From UHGV virus genome UHGV-1428581: a stretch of 35,768 bases of DNA; one strand, written 5' to 3'. The notes under the pieces are model-generated. The model did not search any database. It was not told where the DNA came from and saw nothing but the letters and a program-made list of their open reading frames with translations. Each line of letters starts with the position of its first letter. Position 1 is the first letter of the stretch. A program made the position numbers and the translations under genes. This document shows, piece after piece, positions 17,780 through 25,623 of this stretch. The stretch comes from a virus.

Positions 17780-17803
17780 TTCTGGTTGTGACTGGTCACG
17801 GTG

Positions 17804-18220
17804 TTACTTGTTTTTACAGGCGCCCTGGCCGGAGTAGCAGTTTTCACACATGCGCTCATCGGTACACTGCTCACTGAGCTTTTGTTTCAGCAGGTAACCT
17901 TCCAGCATCCAAATCTTGTTAACCGCATTCTCGCGGGCAATCTTGCGACCGATCTCCGGGTCGAAGTTTTGCGGGCTGGCGCAGGCGCTTTCGCCCGTGA
18001 CGGTGAAGCCGTTGTGCAGCACCAGAACACAAATCGTCAGCAGGTTCAGCGCTGGGCTGCAATCGTCCATTGCCGACTTATCAGGCCAGCCCGCCTGAAC
18101 CGCTTCGCCGACGTTGAGATAATGGCACTCTTTGATAACGCTCTCGATATGATCAGGCGTAACGCGCGGCGCGGTTAAGCCTTTAGCCTGAATTTGCTGC
18201 TCGATATCTTTGTCGCTCAT
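17804..18220 (-). CDS. Hypothetical 138-aa protein with Cys-rich C-terminus, inserted between scaffold and capsid genes
   Basis: Uses the conserved GAGGAAAGACCAATG initiation module. C-terminus CTDERMCENCYSGQGACKNK. Has its own terminator. Confidence 0.6.
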   Translation of the reverse strand: MSDKDIEQQIQAKGLTAPRVTPDHIESVIKECHYLNVGEAVQAGWPDKSAMDDCSPALNLLTICVLVLHNGFTVTGESACASPQNFDPEIGRKIARENAVNKIWMLEGYLLKQKLSEQCTDERMCENCYSGQGACKNK

Positions 18221-18253
18221 TGGTCTTTCCTCTGGTTAGGTTGTCGTGACATG

Positions 18254-19102
18254 TCACGCTACAGTTTGATCACCGTAACGCTTCTGGTAGTACGCGCGAA
18301 CCCGGGCGGAAACGTTCTCATGGTCGGCGTGTTTCGGATCCATGTAGGCCGGGGACTTCATCAGGTCGCGGACTGATTGCTGCTCTTCGAGATTCACATC
18401 GCCGCCCGCCGGCGCATCCTCCTGCATTTCAGCGCCGATTTTCGCCAGCATGCGGATCACCATCGGGTTATTGCCGATTTCATCCATGCGTCCTTTGTCG
18501 CTGTCATCCGCCAGAGAGTTAAATGCCCGGAAAGCCAGACCGATGTTTTTATTAAACTCGGCGTCAGTTTTCCACGTCTCGCGCAGCTGCGTGGCGGCGG
18601 CTTCCGAATCCAGCGCCGCAGCACCGTTAACCAGTTCGGGGGCCAGCTGTGCATATTCGCCCAGGATGAAACCCATCTGATCGTTGGTGATGCCTTTGGC
18701 ATGCGCTGACTTCATGAAGGATTGCATGCGCGGGTCGGCTTTGAATTCGTCCCACTTAAAGCCCTCGACCTCTACCTTTGGCGCATACTCATCAGCAGTT
18801 TTCGGCGGCGTGTCCCCGCTGCCCATGCGCTTTTCAAGGTGCGAGTAAGCATCCGCCAGTTTGCGGGCTGAGCCTTCAACGTTGAGTTTTCCGTCATCGC
18901 CCATAACGCGGTATTTTTCAGGTAGCCAGTCATCCGCGCCTTGTTCGCCCGCGCCGGTGCTGAGTAGCGAAGTACCAGCAGGAGTACCGCCGCCCGGATT
19001 TTGAGTACCATCGCCATTACCAGCATCATCCCCTCCTGCGTTACCTGCTGGCGCGTCTGCGCCTGTTTCGGTGTTCATGAATAAATGTTTAAACTTCCAC
19101 AT
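18254..19102 (-). CDS. Capsid assembly scaffolding protein (T7 gp9-position)
   Basis: 282 aa, acidic and Gly/Ala-rich, located between portal and capsid genes. The start could alternatively be at 19078 (MNTETG). Confidence 0.6.
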   Translation of the reverse strand: MWKFKHLFMNTETGADAPAGNAGGDDAGNGDGTQNPGGGTPAGTSLLSTGAGEQGADDWLPEKYRVMGDDGKLNVEGSARKLADAYSHLEKRMGSGDTPPKTADEYAPKVEVEGFKWDEFKADPRMQSFMKSAHAKGITNDQMGFILGEYAQLAPELVNGAAALDSEAAATQLRETWKTDAEFNKNIGLAFRAFNSLADDSDKGRMDEIGNNPMVIRMLAKIGAEMQEDAPAGGDVNLEEQQSVRDLMKSPAYMDPKHADHENVSARVRAYYQKRYGDQTVA

Positions 19103-19322
19103 CGTCGTTTACTCCGTCTGCTTTGTTGATTTGCATCAGAATGAAATCGAGCACGGATCGCTGTCCGGCCCGGTAACAGGTTTCGCGGTCGCCCTCGGTA
19201 CCACCTTTGACATATGCCTCACGGCCAAAGCGGCGCGTTAGTTCTTCCATCACCTGCGGCCCGCCTGGCATTTCTTCGAAAATGCGCCGGTAGTCTTCAG
19301 GGGTTACGTCTTTTTTGATCAT
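19089..19322 (-). CDS. Hypothetical 77-aa protein between portal and scaffold genes
   Basis: ORF coupled to the portal gene (overlap at 19319-19322). Confidence 0.45.
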   Translation of the reverse strand: MIKKDVTPEDYRRIFEEMPGGPQVMEELTRRFGREAYVKGGTEGDRETCYRAGQRSVLDFILMQINKADGVNDDVEV

Positions 19323-20944
19323 TGGTTGCCCGCCAGTCGTTGTCCCATAATTGCGCCTGCTGTCTGCCCTGCTGCGCCTGCGGCTTCCGTCCCGGCCTGC
19401 ATCAGCATCTGCTGTTGCGCCTGCTGCTGTTGCGCCTGCTGGCGCTGCTGTCGAAGTTGCTCGACCGCATCATCGGAGCGCATAACTTTTGCGGGAACGC
19501 CAAGCGCTTCGCCGACAACCTTGCTCGCCTCGTCGCTGTCCATGTTGTCCAGTACATCGGGGTACGCCTGCGCCAGCTGCATGATGTTCTGGCCGTAGCG
19601 CTCGATGGCGGTCACATCTTCCAGCTTCTGCGCGCGGGCCAGCGGGGAGATATAACGCACGTTGAAGTTGGCGCTCTGGAGGCTCTCGGGTGCGGGAGGG
19701 AAAACGCCAGCACGGAACGCAATACCGAAGCAGCGCTCCACCAGCGGTTGCAGGTATTCAGCCTGGAAACGGCCATAGACCGGGCCGAGCAACTGGCGGA
19801 TCAGCGCGACACGCACATGCACTTCGGTAGCGGTCATTGCCGGGCCGTCCTGCGGTTGCAGCTGGTCGGCCATCATGATTTTGCGGATGGAAGCCTGCAG
19901 GCGTTCTTCAGCGGTAAATGCGACGTTGAAATCTGCGCCAGTGAGCAACGGTTTCATGCTGTCGGTGCTGTTCGCCACGATGATGCGGCGTGGGCCGACT
20001 TTGACCGTGCGCGGGTTGAGTACGCCGTCATCTTCAGCAATCCACATCCCGGAGATAGCCAGATCCTGCGCGGCCTTCTCCATGCGTTTGGTTTCGTTCA
20101 GCTCTTTGCAATCCGGCAGCGCGTCGTATACCGGGCCGATGCCGTAGGAGCCGCCGGGGATTTTCATCCAGCGCGGGACGCATACAGGGAATTCGTGATA
20201 GCCTGATTCACGCACGATACGCTTGCCGCTCACTTCCACGTTGAAAGATGCAAAGCGCATGTTGCGCGCCAGCTTCGCATTTACGGCGTAGGTATCGCGC
20301 GGGAAAATGCAGTGCAGGAAATCAAATTTATCGTCGGGTTTGTTTTTTGCAGCATCGCGGATTTTTTCGCTTACCTTGTCCGCGCCAAATTCTTTCACGG
20401 CCTGTTCAGCGGTGAGCTGATAGCAGCGATAAATCGTGTCTACAATGCCGTCCCGGCGGGTGGAGGTCACAAAGCATTGCGCCAGCGGCCACTGCTGAAA
20501 GGTAAATCCGCCCTCTTCCTTGTCCTCATCGACGTACAGCGCGAACCAGCCAGCGCAGACCACATCGAGATTGGCCTCGTACCCTTCCGCGTCAAAGTTA
20601 GCGGCGTGGATATTTTCCCATACCAACGTTGCACAGGTGGACAACCACGCCTTAGCGTCATCAGGCAGTAATTCGCTGTCGAGGTTCAGCCATTGAGCAT
20701 TCGCCGGGGTCATCCCTGACATAAGCGCGGACGCCAGCATGCGGGCGCTGTCGGTGGCTGTGCCGTCCAGCAGCTTTGCAACCTTATGTTTCGCGCTTTG
20801 TGCGTCCAGCACCTCAGACGAAAACCCGGCCCCGCGCAGCGGATAGGTGTAGTCGTAGCACTCCCGCCAGACGCTTTCGTGCACCTGGCGATTTGCTTTC
20901 AGCGTGTCAGCGCGCCTGATTAACCGGCTGGCGAGTTGATCCAT
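19319..20944 (-). CDS. Portal (head-to-tail connector) protein, T7 gp8-like
   Basis: 541 aa (T7 gp8 is 536 aa). Gln/Ala-rich C-terminal tail (QQRQQAQQQQAQQQMLMQAGTEAAGAAGQ) resembles the T7 gp8 C-terminus. Confidence 0.8.
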   Translation of the reverse strand: MDQLASRLIRRADTLKANRQVHESVWRECYDYTYPLRGAGFSSEVLDAQSAKHKVAKLLDGTATDSARMLASALMSGMTPANAQWLNLDSELLPDDAKAWLSTCATLVWENIHAANFDAEGYEANLDVVCAGWFALYVDEDKEEGGFTFQQWPLAQCFVTSTRRDGIVDTIYRCYQLTAEQAVKEFGADKVSEKIRDAAKNKPDDKFDFLHCIFPRDTYAVNAKLARNMRFASFNVEVSGKRIVRESGYHEFPVCVPRWMKIPGGSYGIGPVYDALPDCKELNETKRMEKAAQDLAISGMWIAEDDGVLNPRTVKVGPRRIIVANSTDSMKPLLTGADFNVAFTAEERLQASIRKIMMADQLQPQDGPAMTATEVHVRVALIRQLLGPVYGRFQAEYLQPLVERCFGIAFRAGVFPPAPESLQSANFNVRYISPLARAQKLEDVTAIERYGQNIMQLAQAYPDVLDNMDSDEASKVVGEALGVPAKVMRSDDAVEQLRQQRQQAQQQQAQQQMLMQAGTEAAGAAGQTAGAIMGQRLAGNQ

Positions 20945-20947
20945 GAA

Positions 20948-21169
20948 TTAAGCCCCTAACGTATTTTTTGCGGCCTGTGCGCCAGTGGACAGCAGGGAAG
21001 AACCTGTATCCGTCGCGCCTTCTGCGCCGCTGGCCAGCAGGGATGATCCCTGTTTGCGCTTTTTGCGCGCTGCTGCGTCAGCGTTCGCAGCTTTGGCCGC
21101 TGCGTCTGCTGCTGCATCGGCTTCGGCCTGCGGGTCTGACTGAACAACTTTGGGTGCGCTACCACACAT
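20948..21169 (-). CDS. Small Ala-rich virion protein (T7 gp7.3-position)
   Basis: 73 aa, low complexity (AEADAAADAAAKAANADAAARKKRK...SSLLSTGAQAAK), immediately upstream of the portal gene. Confidence 0.45.
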   Translation of the reverse strand: MCGSAPKVVQSDPQAEADAAADAAAKAANADAAARKKRKQGSSLLASGAEGATDTGSSLLSTGAQAAKNTLGA

Positions 21170-21179
21170 AAAATTCTCC

Positions 21180-21650
21180 TTAGCCCGGAACGTGCCAGCC
21201 GTGTTCGGTTAATACCGGCGCGCTGCGTACGGGTTGCTTTTTGCCTTCCTCGTTTGTCACCTGCTCCGCCGTACCGCCAGTGCTTACATCAGTGGCTTTG
21301 TGTACGAGGGTGAGGAAATCGAGGTTATTGGTCAGCGGGTGGCCGAGGCTGTCAGTGAAGGCGTACTCTTCGAAGCGGGCAACGATGGCAGCGCCCTGCG
21401 CGTTGAGCGTGGCGAGAATGGCGTTGCGGCCTGCAAGCAACAGTGCCTCTTTGCTCGGCTGCGGTTCATCAATGGTGACTACCAACTTGCCTTCAACGTT
21501 CTGTACGTCGCTACCGTTTCCCTGCTGCTGCGCGCCGTTCTGTTCAGCAGTAATTAACTGCCCCTCTGTAACGAGCGTTTTTTCTTCCGGCGCCGCTTTT
21601 TCCTGCCCCGGCGTCTCAACGATTTTTTTCGGTCGAGCCATTTTTTTCAC
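21180..21650 (-). CDS. Hypothetical virion-associated protein, first gene of the morphogenesis block (T7 gp6.7/gp7-position)
   Basis: 156 aa; called by position. Confidence 0.45.
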   Translation of the reverse strand: MKKMARPKKIVETPGQEKAAPEEKTLVTEGQLITAEQNGAQQQGNGSDVQNVEGKLVVTIDEPQPSKEALLLAGRNAILATLNAQGAAIVARFEEYAFTDSLGHPLTNNLDFLTLVHKATDVSTGGTAEQVTNEEGKKQPVRSAPVLTEHGWHVPG

Positions 21651-21668
21651 TCCTGAATTAGTGAGTCG

Positions 21669-21965
21669 TCATTGTGTGTTGCCCTTCTGGTCAGTTTCCC
21701 GACCAAAAACAGGGCGGCGGAACGTCCACCACTGCCGGTAAAGCACAGTAGGGAGTTTTTTACGGTCTGAGCTGGTAGCCAGACACCAGAGAGCAATCAA
21801 CGCTTCACCGTGACCGTGGCGAGGCTCTGATCCAGATTTCCAGCCGAGGACGGCGGATTTTGAAACGCCAAGTTCATCGGCGATTTGCTGAGTGGTGAGG
21901 TTTTTTCGGGTCAGGTCGGTAATGACTCTGAACCAGTCTGTACGGAAGGTGGCGACCAGCGGCAT
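21669..21965 (-). CDS. Small HTH DNA-binding protein at the early/late boundary (candidate late-gene regulator)
   Basis: 98 aa. Helix-turn-helix LTTQQIADELGVSKSAVLGW. GGGGG SD upstream. Its 3' end contains the degenerate palindrome copy 5. Confidence 0.5.
   Translation of the reverse strand: MPLVATFRTDWFRVITDLTRKNLTTQQIADELGVSKSAVLGWKSGSEPRHGHGEALIALWCLATSSDRKKLPTVLYRQWWTFRRPVFGRETDQKGNTQ
21689..21704. promoter_or_regulatory. Degenerate palindrome GGTCAGTTTCCCGACC (copy 5), 39 nt upstream of the first morphogenesis gene
   Basis: 12/16 identity to GGTCGGAATCCCGACC with both outer arms retained. Confidence 0.35.
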
Positions 21966-22120
21966 AAATCAGCCCCCTAAACGCGCGCGTGCGCGAGCAT
22001 AGAGAAGGGCAAAATCGCCGCCCGCCAGAATGAAAAAGGAGCCTGAACAGAATTTCATGCTTTCCGGACGCTTTGGCCAACCGCATTTTTTAGCGTTATC
22101 TGCTGCTCTTAGAGACGGAA

Positions 22121-22423
22121 TTAAATTCTGCATAAGCGTAATTGCTTTACCTCGTTAGTGACCTGTTCGAGCAATTCAGTCTCCGTTCCGTAGTTTTCTT
22201 CCCATGTTTTTTGCCCTGCATGGATAGCTACGCCGTGTCCGCCGGTTCTGTGGTGTGGAGGGCAAAGCGGGAGAGATTCTTTGTGGTCGGCGCGCTGGGC
22301 TATGCCCTGCCCTTTACGGATGTGATGAACTTCTGCAGGTGTCGCGCCATAGCCAAGATTTCTGCATACGACGCAACCCAGTGATGCAACGTCTTCCAGC
22401 CAGCGTTTATCGTCTTTGGTCAT
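22121..22423 (-). CDS. YbcO-like (DUF1364-type) zinc-binding putative nuclease
   Basis: 100 aa. CVVC...HHIR...LPLCPPHH pattern of Cys and His ligands, as in the DLP12 YbcO family. Confidence 0.45.
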   Translation of the reverse strand: MTKDDKRWLEDVASLGCVVCRNLGYGATPAEVHHIRKGQGIAQRADHKESLPLCPPHHRTGGHGVAIHAGQKTWEENYGTETELLEQVTNEVKQLRLCRI

Positions 22424-22434
22424 GGCGATAATTC

Positions 22435-23031
22435 TCAGGCGGCATAGCTGAATAATTGCGAGGCTGCGTTTTCTGCTGCCTGCTGAGTGGGGAAGGTGCG
22501 GAATAGAATAAAATTCCAGAGGACGTCTAATACGGATTTATACAGCTGGGAGAATTCTACATCGTCCATTTTTGCGAACGATATTGATTTGGGTTCCTTG
22601 CGGGTGGTGCCATCAGGCATCTGGTATTCGGTATAAAAACCGGCTTCGATAGTTACCCAGGAACGGAATGCTTCAAACGATTTAACTGCGCTGATATTCC
22701 CTGCGCGTTTTTCTGCCTCATCGCGAAGGTACTGATCCGCCAGTTCCTGCAATGTGTCTGCATGCCCGGCATAGTGGGCCACCAGCTGCACATAACCACG
22801 AACCAGTTTTTTATCAGCTGGCGATATTGCACCGCCGGAAGGCTGCCAGTAATCAAATCCAAGATTCAGGAGGGCAAAAAATTTACGGTGAAATGCCGGG
22901 TTTCTTGCCTGCTTAAAATCTGCATACAAAATACCGCCCAGGCGGACTTTTTTTTCTAAAAAATCGCGGGCGTCAGGCGTTGCCGGAATTAATACACCGC
23001 CGGGTGCTTTTACAAAAGAATACTGCGCCAT
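22435..23031 (-). CDS. Hypothetical nin-region protein (possibly NinB/Orf- or DUF1367-like)
   Basis: 198 aa; weak resemblance only. Confidence 0.4.
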   Translation of the reverse strand: MAQYSFVKAPGGVLIPATPDARDFLEKKVRLGGILYADFKQARNPAFHRKFFALLNLGFDYWQPSGGAISPADKKLVRGYVQLVAHYAGHADTLQELADQYLRDEAEKRAGNISAVKSFEAFRSWVTIEAGFYTEYQMPDGTTRKEPKSISFAKMDDVEFSQLYKSVLDVLWNFILFRTFPTQQAAENAASQLFSYAA

Positions 23032-23099
23032 TGGGATCCCCTTTAGCGCAGCAATTGTTCAGAATTACATGGTGTTGGGTGTTCAGGCCAACAGTGTAA

Positions 23100-23291
23100 T
23101 TATAGCATATTGCCGTCTGGTTTGATAATGGTATAACCAGTCAATTTAGCTAATTCAAACAACGCGTTAAGTGTCGCTACGTGCTCATCGGGATGGACAA
23201 TTCTGGTCTTCTTAATCTTCCCATTTTCACACGTAATCAGTACATCACCATTGTCGGGGAGAAGGTCTCCTGCGTCTTTCTTATCAACCAC
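23100..23291 (-). CDS. LexA-box-controlled 63-aa protein, candidate SOS-inducible antirepressor (GTG start)
   Basis: GAGGAGAGG SD 2 nt before GTG. A strong LexA box lies 20-39 nt upstream. The gene sits in an AT-rich island. Confidence 0.55.
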   Translation of the reverse strand: MVDKKDAGDLLPDNGDVLITCENGKIKKTRIVHPDEHVATLNALFELAKLTGYTIIKPDGNML

Positions 23292-23310
23292 TACCTCTCC
23301 TCAACAATAA

Positions 23311-23330
23311 TACTGTATAAATTCACAGTA
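23311..23330. promoter_or_regulatory. LexA (SOS) box TACTGTATAAATTCACAGTA overlapping the promoter of gene 23100-23291
   Basis: CTGT-N8-ACAG with 17/20 match to the consensus TACTGTATATATATACAGTA. Confidence 0.7.
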
Positions 23331-23434
23331 TATATACTACCAACGAGTAGTGATCGCAAATTTTTAAGGGCATAAATTGATAAATCACATCTTTTATCAA
23401 GAACATATAAGACTTCACAAAAAATGATTACTCC

Positions 23435-23773
23435 TCACACTGCCAGCTTAGTTTCGTGCCACCCTCGCGTTACCCAGCATTGCGAATCACCTGCACACGG
23501 GCAGGAGGTGATCGGCAGCGACTCACCGCACTTTCCACACAGGCGTTTGCTGATCGATTTGATGTGGCCACTAAGCCGCGCATCATCCTGACGGATCAGC
23601 ATAGCTATGTACTCGGCCAGTTCGTACGGTTCACGCCCCGGACGCCGGGCGGCGCAGTTACGCGCCAGCATGTCCATTTCCTGCGCATCGAGAACCAACT
23701 CAATTTTCCGGTTCCCGGCGGCAGACTGCCGCGCTCGCTGCGCGGCTTTACGTTCTGCGGATGATTTAGCCAT
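23435..23773 (-). CDS. Hypothetical 112-aa protein with C-terminal Cys-cluster (CGKCG...C.C...C), possible zinc-finger regulator
   Basis: ORF with basic N-terminus and C4-type cysteine spacing. Confidence 0.45.
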   Translation of the reverse strand: MAKSSAERKAAQRARQSAAGNRKIELVLDAQEMDMLARNCAARRPGREPYELAEYIAMLIRQDDARLSGHIKSISKRLCGKCGESLPITSCPCAGDSQCWVTRGWHETKLAV

Positions 23774-23785
23774 TAACCACCCCAG

Positions 23786-24403
23786 TTAGCTGGACAATCG
23801 TTTGATCGCATGGCGGAGCATTACCTGTGCATACAGCGCCGGAGCAAGCACCTGCGGCATTTTTGCATAACCCGACATTGAAAAGGCATGGCGTATCCCC
23901 TGTGGTGCTGCGCGTAAATTGTCGATGCTGTTATTACTGAAATCATTGTCCAGATGGATAACTGTGTATCCTGCTGGCAGTTTGCCATGCACACACTCGT
24001 AAACGTACACATCCAGCCGGACATTTTTTTTGTTTACGCGGATCCGCTGAGCCTGATTTGGTCTACGGTTTTTAGGTTCCCGAAGCCACCCACGAGCCTT
24101 TTTGGCATACTTGATATGCTTAGGCATTTTCCGGGTTCCAAATCGCTGGTTAAAACGCTCCGTAAGCTCGCCGATCGTCAGATTCTTATTGGCATAAATA
24201 AACGTCAGTTGCTCATCTGTATAGCGAGGAACACTCAGCAAGAACTTATTTAATCCAGTTACCCTGAGGTACTGGCGGATCGCGTCAACGCTTTTGTTTG
24301 TCTCAAAACACACGTTAAACATTTCGGTTAGTTCGCGGGCTGTAACTCCCTTTACGTTCTGCTCCAGGAAAAGAATCTGAGTAGTAGTGTATTTTCCTCT
24401 CAT
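23786..24403 (-). CDS. HNH endonuclease (HNH_3-type, homing-endonuclease-like) with duplicated N-terminal HTH-like repeats
   Basis: VHGKLPAGYTVIHLDNDFSNNSIDNL matches the H-x-D...NN...N HNH_3 signature. Confidence 0.75.
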   Translation of the reverse strand: MRGKYTTTQILFLEQNVKGVTARELTEMFNVCFETNKSVDAIRQYLRVTGLNKFLLSVPRYTDEQLTFIYANKNLTIGELTERFNQRFGTRKMPKHIKYAKKARGWLREPKNRRPNQAQRIRVNKKNVRLDVYVYECVHGKLPAGYTVIHLDNDFSNNSIDNLRAAPQGIRHAFSMSGYAKMPQVLAPALYAQVMLRHAIKRLSS

Positions 24404-24630
24404 TTTTCAATCCCCATAATCTTAGGCACGTTGCCTGCGGTACCGTCATAAATAGCCTTCTGAGCGTCGAGCGCAACGCGATAAGTGCCAACCATCACCC
24501 CGACGATTTCCACTACCGCTTTAGCCCTCGATAACTCTTCCTGAAGCAGGTCGCCTTTGATATTGGGATCAGTTACGGTTTCCAGCATGGCGAACTGGTG
24601 ATTCATTAAATCCTGAATAGTGTTTTTCAT
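24400..24630 (-). CDS. Hypothetical 76-aa protein
   Basis: ORF coupled between the methyltransferase and HNH genes. Confidence 0.4.
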   Translation of the reverse strand: MKNTIQDLMNHQFAMLETVTDPNIKGDLLQEELSRAKAVVEIVGVMVGTYRVALDAQKAIYDGTAGNVPKIMGIEK

Positions 24631-24632
24631 GG

Positions 24633-25223
24633 TTAAGCAACCTCCCCGATATATTCTGCAATGCCCGGCAGCAGTGCCACCGCTGGCGATTCACACTGAT
24701 TACCCCACACGTCGAAACCATGCGAAGACTGGCGGGCGAATAACTCAATACGTGGTACATCGCCCAGCAGCTGCACCAGCTTTTCGCGCACGATATCCGG
24801 TTTGCGCGAATGCTCCAGACGCGGGGCCACGAATGACTGAACGATCCCGGCATCCAGCCGGGCGGGTAATTTCCCCTGCACAGCGAAAAGGCAATCCTCG
24901 CTGTTCGCTCTGGTCATATGGCCCATTCCGAGGGCCAGTTTGTCGGTCTGCCGGCTGTAGCATTTGTTCCACGTAAAGCCTTTCATGGTCATCAGACGGA
25001 AGCCCCACGCCTCGACTACTCGCAACGCCTCCAGTGGCTGAGTCGGTACCCACCACATAGCCAGCAGGCAGTTTTCAGCGGCCAGTTCCCAGACCGGGAG
25101 TCGGCAGATATCGAGCACAGTCATGGTCTGGTATTTATGCCCGGCGCCGCGTTCCCCATCGTTGGCTTTGTCGCGGTAAGTCCAGGGCGGATCCGCATAA
25201 ATCAAGGTGTATTTGTTATTCAC
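24633..25223 (-). CDS. DNA N6-adenine methyltransferase, MT-A70 family (orphan, phage Dam-like)
   Basis: 196 aa. Catalytic DPPW motif (LIYADPPWTY). Confidence 0.8.
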   Translation of the reverse strand: MNNKYTLIYADPPWTYRDKANDGERGAGHKYQTMTVLDICRLPVWELAAENCLLAMWWVPTQPLEALRVVEAWGFRLMTMKGFTWNKCYSRQTDKLALGMGHMTRANSEDCLFAVQGKLPARLDAGIVQSFVAPRLEHSRKPDIVREKLVQLLGDVPRIELFARQSSHGFDVWGNQCESPAVALLPGIAEYIGEVA

Positions 25224-25390
25224 GCCAGCACCCCACTACTGCGGAGATATTCCAGCGTCCACTGCGCAACCTCACATCCAGCCCATATCAGAGCGATAAT
25301 GACTATCCAGCCAACAACGTTTGCACTGAGTACGAGCAGCATCAGCGTCCTGCGGCTGCAATGCATAAAATCAGGTGTTGAAAATTTCAT
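25220..25390 (-). CDS. Small hydrophobic membrane protein (57 aa)
   Basis: Internal Met start (MKFSTPDF). One strong TM helix (TLMLLVLSANVVGWIVIIALIWAG). ATGA-coupled on both sides. Confidence 0.4.
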   Translation of the reverse strand: MKFSTPDFMHCSRRTLMLLVLSANVVGWIVIIALIWAGCEVAQWTLEYLRSSGVLA

Positions 25391-25620
25391 GTCCGCTTCT
25401 CCCGCCAAAAATTCAATCTCTCTTTGAAAAACTCCCGGTAGCTTTCCGGCGTCGCTGCAATCTGTTCTACGATGGCCTGTCGAGTAACTTTCTTCTCGAA
25501 CAGCTGGCGTATGAGTGCCGAGGCGCGCATGTCGTAGTGCTCTTTGATCTGGCACTCCTGCGGCCATTTGGCGCGATTGAGCGGTAAGCCGGGCGGCAAG
25601 TAGTCTGATTGCCCGGCCAT
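25387..25620 (-). CDS. Hypothetical 77-aa protein
   Basis: ORF in an operon context. Confidence 0.4.
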   Translation of the reverse strand: MAGQSDYLPPGLPLNRAKWPQECQIKEHYDMRASALIRQLFEKKVTRQAIVEQIAATPESYREFFKERLNFWREKRT

Positions 25621-25623
25621 GCC

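Noticed and set aside
21651-21690. Minus-strand sequence ATGACGACTCACTAATTCAGGAG upstream of the first morphogenesis gene shares an 11-mer (ACGACTCACTA) with the T7 promoter core TAATACGACTCACTATAGGGAGA. A T3-like ACCCTCAC also lies upstream of the holin gene, at 1510-1530 on the minus strand.
   Set aside because: No phage-type RNA polymerase is encoded in the element, so these cannot be functional T7-type promoters here. They lack the conserved flanks. An 11-mer match has a chance expectation of about 0.02 in this window, which is intriguing given the T7-like module. I treat it as a possible relic or coincidence, not a feature.
21874-22086. 70-aa minus-strand ORF in the gap between the HTH gene and the YbcO-like gene.
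   Set aside because: It overlaps the 5' part of the HTH gene in another frame, has no SD, and has Arg-rich low-complexity composition. More likely the 155-nt gap is regulatory.
23181-23375. 64-aa plus-strand ORF across the LexA-box region.
   Set aside because: Antisense to the SOS-regulated gene. It spans the AT-rich promoter island, where spurious ORFs are expected, and has no RBS.
23377-23400. 8-bp inverted repeat TTGATAAA-N8-TTTATCAA downstream of gene 23435-23773.
   Set aside because: An AT-only stem with no U-tract, so not a convincing terminator. It could be a protein site, but there is no supporting repeat elsewhere.
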